From NCBI GenBank assembly GCA_040954595.2, contig CM082595.2, forward strand, positions 1,614,635 through 1,678,634: a DNA stretch of 64,000 bases, written 5' to 3'. The notes under the pieces are model-generated. The model worked only from the letters and a program-made list of their open reading frames with translations. It was not told the origin of the DNA and did not search any database. Position 1 is the stretch's first letter, and every line of letters begins with the position of its first letter. Shown one piece after another: positions 53,370-64,000 of the stretch. The translations under genes and the position numbers were made by a program. Source of the stretch: Balanoglossus misakiensis (lineage: Eukaryota; Animalia; Hemichordata).

Positions 53370-56300
53370 GTCCCTTTTTACACAAACACGATTGGAGTGA
53401 GACGATTGACACGATCGATTGAGCATGGGCATATTGGGTTGAGCGGAAAACAATCGTCGCATGTTTTCAAACGCGTGGTAAATTCTAGGCCTAATCCGTA
53501 TACGTAAACAACGAAAGGCCAACCAACCTGGGCATCAAAGGTTGTTGACTTCTGCGCATGATCTGAGTATAATCCATCACGAAAGTGAAAATAACGCGTG
53601 TAAGAGCAGGATGACATAATACGACGTCCCCCAATCACAGTCAGAAGTTGAATGAAACTGATTTAAACATAATTACAGTAATCATATTAAAATTAAACCC
53701 ATGGCCCAAATAAAGTATGTGAATGACATGATGTCCTCGCGACTCGTAACCTTAGTGATATGTTACGTAGGCCCTAATCATTGGCAGGTACGAGCAATGC
53801 CACATCATACTACTGCGTTGCTTGGGGTAGTAAAATTTCATTTTTCGGTGTTTCTTATTGGTATTTTAAAATAATTGAACGACTCGATCATACATTCCTG
53901 CGATTTGGCACTCTGGAATAACTGAAAGTAATTATTTATCCAATATGGCGCCCAGCAAATAAATCCCGGTGTCACCCAGAGTTCAATTATCACGTGACCC
54001 GGTCGCAGAGGGGAACGCCCTAGGTGAAAAAAGGGACGATTCTGCAGAAAGGTCACCTAGAATGTCAACGGATACACAGCGTTCATAGTGAACTTGACTT
54101 ATACAATGACGTAAAACCGATAAACTCCAATGTCCATATTTGGTAGACTTTCAGACAAAAACTTGCACGGGAAGGTTTTGGAAAGGTGGCCATCGGTTTC
54201 TCCATCACTGGTATAAGTTTGTCACGTTCGTTCATTCAACAGAGAAAATCTCATTTTACCACCACAGATGACACAATCCGAATCAATTTCAGAAATAATA
54301 CACATGATGCGTCTTCTTTTCTGAAGTACGTAAACAAGACAACAGTGAATGACTTGTCTGTAAGTCGGAAACATCGATTTGGTCTTTTTTTTCTCCAAGT
54401 GATGACGTTAATCAACTAAACAGTGAAGTCTACCACAATCCAACTGATGATACGATGTCCCCTATAGGATAACGGTCTCGGTTTGCCGATCGCACGCAGT
54501 GAGCGAGTGACCTTCTCATTTCCCTCAAGGTCAAAAACGTAGAAGATTTCTATGCGGTCCATTATTGGCCAATGTTACTGACGGCCACGATGTCAGTGCT
54601 CACGGTTATTATGGCACGTAATTGTGCGGGGGATATCGGAGAGACTTCAATTTGAACTAGTGTTTGACAGACCTTATTGGTAATGTAATTATGAAATCAG
54701 ATTTGATGCAACATATCTCAGAAATATTTTTTCCGTTTCATCAAAAGATCTATGCTGATTGTTACGCTGGTCGATTTTGACTCTATTACAGACTGAGACA
54801 GTGATCAGTAGATTAGTCCAAGACATACCACACACGGGGTCAGAAAAGTTTCAATGATTTCCAAGAATTGATTGGTCAACAAGTAACAACATGATGATTA
54901 GACCTTAACGATGACCTTTGCTCAAAGTTACTACAATTCACTGTTGTGTATAATCTCCTTCTGCATCCTGCACGACTTCTTTCAATCCAGATTTCTCAGC
55001 CTTGGTTCAAAAACGATTTCTGTTGCACCAGTACACGAAAAAGTACTCATGACTTCTACCAGTTCATTAACCACTAAATTAACCCCAGCCAGGGCAAATA
55101 TTTTGGGGGTCGGTGAAATGAAACTAAGCAAAACATCATACAAATCTGTCGAAGACTTTTAGAAATCGTCAAATCTTGACAAAGTCCCAGTACCTCAAAA
55201 TACAGTGTCGTGAAGGATTTCAAATCCAACGCATCTCTTCACGCCGCAGATAACCTCGGCCACAACAAGAGACACCGGTCTGTACTTTCTCGTTTAATTA
55301 CTAAAACCTTGAAACAACAACAGTTATGAAAACAGGAATATCTTGGTCGTATTTGCAGAAAACCTTGTGAGAGGTATTGACACATTGGTAGGTGGTAGAA
55401 GATATTGCGAGCCAAAATGAAACCCAAGTGTGTGAATCATTACTGGATAAGTACTAGTACTTGCTTTTGGCACTTAGAGTCGGGCTTGACACGCTTATAC
55501 CAACCGCGGACACCTGATATTATCACTCTCAATGGTCGAAGATGGCCAAGTTTTCAAATGTCCAAACAACACGCGACCAAAAATTTCTACTTCCTAAATC
55601 TTACACTGTCTGAGTCGACGTGCGTTGATCTTATTCACACTTTTGTACACAATCCAGGGTTTAATGACCACGGTGTCGAAAGACGGGTTGAAACTTGCGT
55701 GAGTAATGCGCCGGTTTTTCCTGTGTTTTGTCACAATATTGATTGGATCGGTTTGCAAACAATCGGAAGATTGTTTCGGAAGAATCGAGAAGATCGTAAT
55801 TGCAAATCTTGACCGCGGCCAAAAATCTATTAAAGACTGCACCTATTCTAGTTTCATATAAGGCTCGACTTGTACAGATTACTCGGCTACTAGCAACCCG
55901 TTGCTACGGTAATTAACAAAGTCTCGCGAGATCTCACAATGAGTGGAAAATCATCTATTCTCATCATTGCCCTTGGGGTTCGGGATGTGGTCACGATGGC
56001 GTTGACTGGAAGCGTCGCTTTTGAGGGTAGGGATCAAGAACCTGAAGGACTTTGTCCGCAAATCACGTCAAGCTGATAGATTGAGTAGAATATGCGAGTG
56101 GAAAATATATGACATAGTACACTCAAAGACAATGCCACTATATGAATGGTTAAACTTTATATATTTGATCACCTACGTTTGTTTTTATTGTAGAGATCGT
56201 TTAGAGGGAGAGTTTCGGTAAATGTTATTTCGCCATCAACCGTTATGCGTTGAACAATTGAGGGTTTATATGGAACGTCGAGATGGGGCGACACTTTTGC

Positions 56301-58999
56301 AATTGTTGCGGCATTTGCTGCCAACAGAAATCCTCGTTTGCCTATAAATTGTCGGGGCTGTGCGCTCCTTTCAATAGCAGTTATTTTTTTGTTTTGGCAG
56401 TGCGTTGTTTCGCTTGGAACTTATCAGCAAAATACTTCGACCTTGTTTCCGCCCACATACGTCTTAGCAGACTGGAACAAAAGTGCAGCTGTGCCGGGCA
56501 GCAATTGTGGAGATTCGTGAGGTCCGGATAGTCAGACGATTTTGAGCTTTTCTTCCGATAATTTTATATCAAAACAGCAGACATACAATGTACAGAGTAC
56601 ACATTTATACGCATAGCCACTGTGACTGACTGATTCCGCGCAAAATCATCATAAACAGATACCGACAGTAAAGAACATCATCACCGACAACACCAGTGCC
56701 AAACACCTAGGTCCCAGCATGCAATGGTAACCGAACTCTAACCTTGGCGGAGCTGACCACCTCATAAACATGGCGTCCTCCACAATCACGTCCACATAAT
56801 TATTACGCAATGGTTAAAGCAAGGATCCAATCAGAATGACAAGGAAATCCCGCCACACACTTTTCATGGGTCGTAAACATAATCTCCCGCCAGAATTAAA
56901 CTGTCTCAGAAACTTCGTTTACAAAACGGAGGGGCAAAAATACCGAATGCTCAAAATTTAATCGTTGCCAAATGTCAACTTTGCGATAGCAAATTTCAAG
57001 GCTTTTTATAAGCTTACGAAATACATACGTGTTTGCGGATCTCAAATTTTTGATTGTTTAATTCATAATAATTATCCTAAAAGTTGAATTTTCAATTGAT
57101 ATAAGTGTTTTTCAAAACACTAACAATCCCATGTGCGAATTATGAAATTGACTATGCTTTGTCTTCAATAGATAAGAAAATCAATGTTAAACACTTCACC
57201 TATGCCAATGAGAGTCGCCAGAACTCTGTATGTGACGTCAATCATATTAACCCTAGATCTGCTATATATTCATGAAGTTAGGGGTTCAAAAGTTCAGTTA
57301 CACTTGCACGAGATCAGGAGAGGTCGACCTTGCGTTGCGTCACTCAGCATCAATAATATATGCTGGTCAACTGCTCTTCCCAGTCACGTTCCACGCGAGC
57401 TTATGACCCCCTAAGCTAGTAAGAATTCTCACGACAGCGGAACACAATAGATTGTTATCTAAGCATGGGCAAGCTAGAGGGTCCCACTGTAGGCTATATA
57501 TGTAGGCTGATAGGACGAAACCCACCAGATTACTACAAAACCGAATCTTTAACGATACTGCAGGGAGTACAAAACTTGGAAAATATCTTGCTCGGGAATA
57601 TACTTCATTCATATTGACCAGTAATTTTGAGTTCCTGGGATCTTATTAACCCTATTGGGAGAAAAAAATAACATCCTTCATCGTAAAACGGTGAGTAGTA
57701 TTTCTTTAAGTTTAAGTCATTTCTACTCTAAGAAATAGTTTGTTAATTCTGTGTTTCAAGACGCGACTGATGAAGAGGAAAATCTCTTGGATAACATCGT
57801 TGATATGGGAGTTGTTCTACGGCCCGGTGGTCGCTTTACTGGTTTCGCCGCCGCTGCGTGGAAGGGAAGGGCGATGACGCCTGTCTCTCGTATGCGAGCT
57901 TCCTGCAAAGTGCAAAGACCTCGACAACATCATCGCTTAGTCACACACGTACAACTTTTATGTTTACGGTATCGTGTGTACTGTACACCGAGATTAACTA
58001 GCCCTGAAAAAAGGTTAGGCGAGTGAGAAAAAAAAAGAAGTGAAACTTGTGAAATATATTTCTCGCAGTTTTTATCGCGCAAACCCTCAAAAAAGTCGTG
58101 TCTCTATGGGGGTATAAATCTCTCTTTAAGATCGCTGATAATTCGACAAAATTAAGTACAAGATATTTTTTTTCTTAGAAAGCGTACTGCATTGTGTGGA
58201 CTGTTCTGTGATCGAGTCCAAGAATTATAAAACGAGTTTCACATCATGGGTTATAGGGTCTGCTATCCGCGGCACTGAAGGCAGGTTGTGGAGGTCACTT
58301 CAAGTAAACCCGCGCCAATACCCTGTTTTGCAATTTCTCTCACAGTGTTTATTGATTCAACAAACCCAGTGTAAACGTGACCGAATTTCTACACCATTAT
58401 GAACTGGCCTTCAACCTGCCATCGGACTTTTCCCCCTAACCATCATTGACAGAGGGCGCCCGCACAGTTTTCCCACGATCAACGTCAATCGACGCGGCAG
58501 CGCGCTTCCGCACCAACGCGGAAAACTTGGAAGAAACAAACACGTACAGGATGTCGCTTTCCGGTAATAACAGTCGTCAATGCAACAATTAACTCTTTCT
58601 AACTGGCCCATTTCCCAAATGTGATTTCAGTTAACGTGTCAACATTTTGCCATCGAAAACAATATGCATGTTCATTCCAAGGATAACGGTTTCCGATAGA
58701 TGTTCGCAACACTCGCTGTTGTTTAAATTAGCAATGACGTCGATGAAATATACATGTACATACATTTTAACTTAAAAACATTCTACATACTACCCTTTTT
58801 TCTAAATCACATGTATGTTTCAACTGTTTTCCTCGAATAGCCGAATTTTACAGTACGTGTACATCGGGCAAGCATTACTAGAAGACAGTTTGTGTATAAT
58901 AGTTGTCCGTTTCCTCGCTTCTATATACGTCACATTCGGTCTTCTGTAGTTTCTCGGCTGTGCGTGTTAGCAGCCCAGAGAACTAGTATCTCTCGCTTT

Positions 59000-59342
59000 A
59001 ATTGATTGGAGAGTGATTTGTGATTGGTGTGGCGTGTGGTCACGCACGCGTTTGGTTAATTGACGGCCGTCGTGTTTTCTTCGGTCTGGTAACAATCGCC
59101 GTTATGTAAGCTATGTCTGGCTTCGCTACTTCATTGTCTGCTCGGGGCCCGCTCGTTCACAGCGGAGACCGTCTGCGCGCACACACTTGTTGGATCCGTC
59201 TCGCACGCCTACTTCCAGACGATGCTGGCTTGAGAAGCAACGACTCTCGGAAAACAACCGATCCGGAAAATCGGTGAATCCGTCCTGTTTCTGCGCGTGA
59301 AAACCGGTGGGTGCAGAAAACTAGACCCGATCTCGGGTAAGT
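59000..59342 (+). promoter_or_regulatory. Candidate promoter and non-coding first exon of NR0B
   Basis: CpG-rich stretch with two inverted CCAAT boxes (gattgg near 59004 and 59022) and a strong donor GG|gtaagt at 59337. A polypyrimidine acceptor (ttttttccttctcag) near 61062 lies just upstream of the ATG. Confidence 0.4.
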
Positions 59343-61073
59343 CAAACTTAACGCGGCGCTGAGCCGACTTACATAGGCCCACACGGACGTCAGTCTGCCT
59401 GTAAATCAATTTTCTAGCTTTACATCATATTACGAGGAAACTGATATTTTATATGATTGTTTCGTTAACGCCTATTATTCTAAGTGGATAGCTGAATCTG
59501 ACTCGAGACACAGTACCACGACATCTCACATTTACTATAAACACCGTTACAAACTTTTCGTGGCGAATTTTGTCCTAGGACGATAGTGTTGGTAGAAGTT
59601 GGCGATACAATATCGTACATGAAACTAGCAAAAAAGTTACATTCTTTTGCATCGGGCTGAAAGTAATGCACGGTTACAATTATGTTGTCTTATTTGGAGA
59701 TTATATAAAGACTTTTCGTTGACTTCGCGGCCTATAGTGGTTTTAAAATGAACAGGTACCCTTAAAAGTTCGGTTCCGTTGTTTTTACCACACACGCGTC
59801 GTGTCGGAACTGTCAATACTTTCACGACCTTGGCGACAAAATTATGCAAATTCAAGTTCCAGACAGTATTACATAACTGTATCCCACGTCTGAGAGGAAA
59901 GCGAGGCATCCTTGCGTAAGTATTGCGCTGTCTCGCAGTTGAGTGCGCTTGGTGTTGTAACGTACACGCACCCCACGTGTCTCGTCACTGGCAGGGAGGG
60001 AGGGAGGTTTGCGTCGGAACTTTTTAATAAAACGCGGCCTGTACCCGATATAACACCGCTACGAGAGCCCGCCTACCCCTGGCCAATTTTCACTGCGTAA
60101 AGGGAAAATCGTACCTACGACTGCGCCACAAAACTCGTCTGAGGGACGATGCGTGAAACAGAAGGACATTTGCGTGTCGATTTCCGCTACAGGCGCTAAG
60201 AAATGTACAAGGTACCGATTGAGCCCCGCCCCGCTCTCTGGGATACCTCCCCTTGTCGTAAAATTGTCACGAAAAGAACTTCCCCCAAATACTTAAGTAT
60301 ATATCGGTAATTGCCGCATTATGTTAAAATTGAAGAAACCTCGACTGCAACTGTCGTATGCGTGATAGACATCGCATTTATTGTGTACGCTAATCCCATG
60401 GCTAGACGGGAGTTGGGTAATCTATGCAACTGTCTGAAGTATCGCCAGCACTCGTGCGCTTTCCAAAACAACGTCTGAACGGTACGGCCACGCCCACTTA
60501 AATTAAGGAAAAATCCATTTTCATAGTCGCGGTGTATATACGTTCAACAAAAGAAAAGAAGTCAGATCAGTTTTTTTCTCACTTCAGAAGTGCAGTATTC
60601 TTACTTTTGTTCGCGTTATATCACACAACCCACGTGTGTGTTATTATTGTCATATTTTCGGAGCCGTTTCTGCGACTGCGTACTCAGGACAATGTTATCA
60701 CGTACAAGCTCTGCCATCAGGGACTGTTTCCATGGCGATGATGTCTCGGAAACAAAGACTAATTAGCGAGCGCGCCCACGAGAAGACGAGCACAATTGAA
60801 AGTGATAAAAATAACGCAACGGAGGTGTCGTTCTCGGAAGTGGGAGAAGGCAATTCTTGATGCGAGGTCGCTTGTGTAATGCCAAGAAGCTGACTGCGAA
60901 ACTTTGCGGAGATTTTCCTGTTTTGGTTGCATACACGTGTACGTAGCCATTAATACAGCGTCCCTGGGAAAATTAAACTTCTTTGCTTTTGAATACCGTC
61001 CACGTGTATCTATATACAAAAGTATTATAAAATCGCGCTTGGTGTCTTTTTTTCCTTCTCAGAATTCAGAGAA

Positions 61074-62414
61074 ATGTACACGGAGCGAGACGAGATGGAT
61101 TGTAGTGGGGACAACGATGGTGCCTTTAAAGACAGTCTTCTCGGAAACCTTCTAGCAGACACGGCGACAGGACACACACTCTCCGTCCCCTTGCCAGAAA
61201 GATCAAGGGACAAACACAACGTCACAGTGCGTCTCTCGGAGACTTGTTTGGACCAACTGAACTCGAAACTGGCGGTATGGCTCATACGCGCTGTCCAGTT
61301 CACCAAATCCTTGCCTGTTTTCTCGAAACTGAACACTCACGACCAACTTGTGCTTTTGAACTCATCCTGGAAAGAACTTGTGGTTCTCTACATGGCGGAG
61401 GAGCGCATGGAATTCTCAGTTGTCGACAATGAACACCAAGAATACAGTACTGCGTACCAGTTGTTTTCAGAGGGCCACCCAACTTTAAAATCAGTAGAAC
61501 AATTACGGTTTGCCCTTCAGAGGTGTTCCAATATGGGTCTGGATTTAAAAGAATTTGCGTATCTCCGGAAAATCGCTGTACTCAACTCAGGTGAGTTGGT
61601 CAACTTGATCTTCTCTTGCTAATTTTTAAAAATCCATTTTAGGGGTTTATGAGCTTTTATGTATTGTATCTGTTGGTGTTGAACATTTTAAGTTTTCCCA
61701 AAGTTTGTCCTCCATTAATTATGGGCGAACATTTTTAAATCTTGTTTTGTAAGATCTGTGTACTATGAATATAAGTCTAAGTGTTGTATGGACACTTTAA
61801 AAATAGTATGTATAAATTTTAGAACCTTAAAAGTGAAGTTTGATACCCTATAAGTTACTAACATGGGTGCTCACCTGCTTGTGTTCAAGTAACCGTAGAG
61901 GGCGCTGTTTGATAGATTTCAGGGTCAGTGAAACTTGTCCCTATCTTTCAGTTGGAGCTTCATATGGGATGGTTCTGACAATGAAACAGAACAAAATAAC
62001 AATTTCAGCATTAAGAATGCTATCTCCACTCATTCAAGTCGAGTATCCAAATTAACTGGCAAAGAAATATGTTGCTTGTGATGAAAAGATTGCTTGTCTT
62101 CTGCTGAGAAAGTGTTTACTGACAAAGGCCATACCGATACAGTTTTATTAATCATTCCTTTTATTTTCAAATCTGCAGAGGTTCGGGGCCTCCACGATGT
62201 TGCCGCGATAGAAGAAGCTGGGGAAGCAACTCAAACATCACTTATGGAGTATCTGTCGCTACGGTATCCGCATAATCAACTTCGGCTGTCTCATGTACTT
62301 CTACTCCTCCCTGGCATTCGAGGCTACCCAGTCAAGATATTTGAGAATCTCTTCTACAAACACCTCATTGGCGACACAACAATGGACAGTATCCTGTTGG
62401 AGCTTCTTCAGTGA
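61074..62414 (+). CDS. NR0B: NR0B-subfamily (SHP/DAX1-like) nuclear receptor, ligand-binding domain only. Coding exons 61074-61590 and 62179-62414
   Basis: N-terminal LxxLL (SLLGNLL). LBD signature AVQFTKSLPVFSKLNTHDQLVLLNSSWKELVVLYMAEERMEF, then LDLKEFAYLRKIAVLNS/EVRGL, RLSHVLLLLPGIR and AF-2 MDSILLELLQ*. No zinc fingers. The phase-1 intron 61591-62178 (gtgagt...ctgcag) sits at the position equivalent to LFNP|D in vertebrate NR0B1/NR0B2. Confidence 0.88.
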
Positions 62415-62445
62415 CCTCTGAACTATGACCTTTCAACTCTGAACT
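62412..62445 (-). promoter_or_regulatory. Five nuclear-receptor half-sites in tandem DR1 spacing
   Basis: TGACCT c TGAACT a TGACCT t TCAACT c TGAACT; the first TGA is the NR0B stop codon. Function is untested. Confidence 0.5.
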
Positions 62446-63744
62446 GAAATACTCAGTCCCTTGAATAAAAGGGGCGGTAATATTGCACTTGACAATAAAT
62501 ACTGGACCCAGAGCCAGTAACTGACAGTGTCTCAGTGGCTACTCTAGCAGAGCAGTCAAACCTGTTTATTGAAGTTTTCGCGAGACGAAACTCAAACTGT
62601 GGAGTTGCCGTACGACCTGTCGTAACCATGGTTTCTGATGTTGCAAACAAGCACAACTTCGGACACGGAACCTGAACGAACATTCTTATGAGACATTTTA
62701 ACCTAAAAGTGACCATTTTTTTATCTTCATTTGCAGAGTAATATTTGAACAAAAATCGTGGACAGAATACGAAAACACTTGATATTTACATGTGGTGCCA
62801 TACCTGTTTTTATGAAATATTTCTCTGTTTATCATTGTACGTAATCTCACCACTGCCACCCTGTCCACCACCCCCAGAGTAAAATGCAACAGACCTCCTT
62901 CCTTTTCAATTCAGACTAATTTATTCAATAGCAGGGGAGGACGTTTTACATAAATGGAGGTGCAAACGTTTTGATAACATTTCCAAGTACAATGAATGTG
63001 AATAAGAGATAACATTTACTGCATAATTTATAGTTTTTATACAAAACAAAAGAAAAAATCACAAAACCGCCGATGGTTCACCATCATGGTAACTACAAAA
63101 GAAAGAAAAAAAAAACTTTGTAAGTGTGAGAGAAACAGAAAAAACGTCAGTCAACTCAGGTTCTTTTAAAAAAAGAAACCACTGACTTTTCTGTAAAATA
63201 AAATATAAAATAATTTTTATATAACTTGATATTATCTATAGCTGATGCCATTTTGTTAAGAAGTTCCGTTGCAGATTGCAAGCAAAATACTCTGGTTTTT
63301 TGTCAATTTTTCATTTCATGTGACAGCTACATGATGTTGCATCTACATATTTGCCTTGCGCATGGTGATAAGGTTTCAGAATAGCGACCAGTTACAGTTC
63401 TTGACAACAGCCCAAATACTCATTTATTCACATACATGTAAGCCTATTCTACTTGTGGCATCAGTCGGCTAACAACCACGTCACATATCACAAATCTCAA
63501 ACAAAAAACTTAAAGATCAAAACTTCAGGTGGTGTAATTAAACACAGAAAAAATATGATGTTGAGCATGTCTCGTCAGATGTTTAAATTTACCAGATGTG
63601 TTTAATTACTTATATATTTATCGGAGTCGCCAAATTTGACAATTTGATTCACCAGACTCAAAGGGGCTAACATGCTGAACATTTCAGGGTACATCATTCC
63701 TTTTCTACCTCATCTTTCTGTCGGAACAACCATTATTCACTGGA

Positions 63745-63830
63745 CCCTTTCACCCCCAGTTCCATCTTTAGAGGTCCAACCTTACCATAGAAGTCAATGG
63801 GTTTTGGACTGAACCATGGCGGTGAAAGGG
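63745..63830. mobile_element. ~86-bp mini-MITE (piggyBac-like ends)
   Basis: CCCTTTCACC...GGTGAAAGGG|TTAA; the left target copy is degenerate. Confidence 0.65.
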
Positions 63831-64000
63831 TTAAACGCCAAGTCTGTTAAGGTGACCTCATAGAACAAAACCAACTGCAAGACAAAATTCCTACTGAAAT
63901 CCAAAACCAAGCCCATTTAATGTATGGCACACAGAAATATTGTCGTTTTTGATGGACTGTCCATAAAATCTCAAAGAAACTTTTATTTAAATATTTATTT

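Noticed and set aside
60732-60860. Short ORF MAMMSRKQ as a coding exon or DNA-binding domain of NR0B
   Set aside because: It has no zinc-finger cysteines and only a weak donor; it may be an upstream ORF or chance.

Overview
This is AT-rich eukaryotic DNA with GT-AG introns, most like a marine invertebrate deuterostome; the taxon is inferred, not shown. It has three parts. (1) At 8.7-15.5 kb is a spliced + strand gene for a large protein with three PH domains and a C-terminal coiled coil; its start exon was not located, and its introns and flanks carry several MITEs. (2) At 17.27-42.65 kb is a ~25.4 kb array of about 290 related 87/88-bp monomers arranged as a nested palindrome: diverged edge units, A forward, B reverse, B forward, A reverse, diverged edge units. 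Every monomer family keeps a dyad core CATG(G/A)G-CTATAA-C(C/T)CATG, and most orientation switches fall in that core. (3) At 43-64 kb is a long non-coding region rich in nuclear-receptor response elements, ending in a two-coding-exon NR0B (SHP/DAX1-like) receptor with no DNA-binding domain. Its stop codon begins a run of five DR1-spaced half-sites. Most short ORFs in the track are spurious. All calls were made by eye, with no database search.
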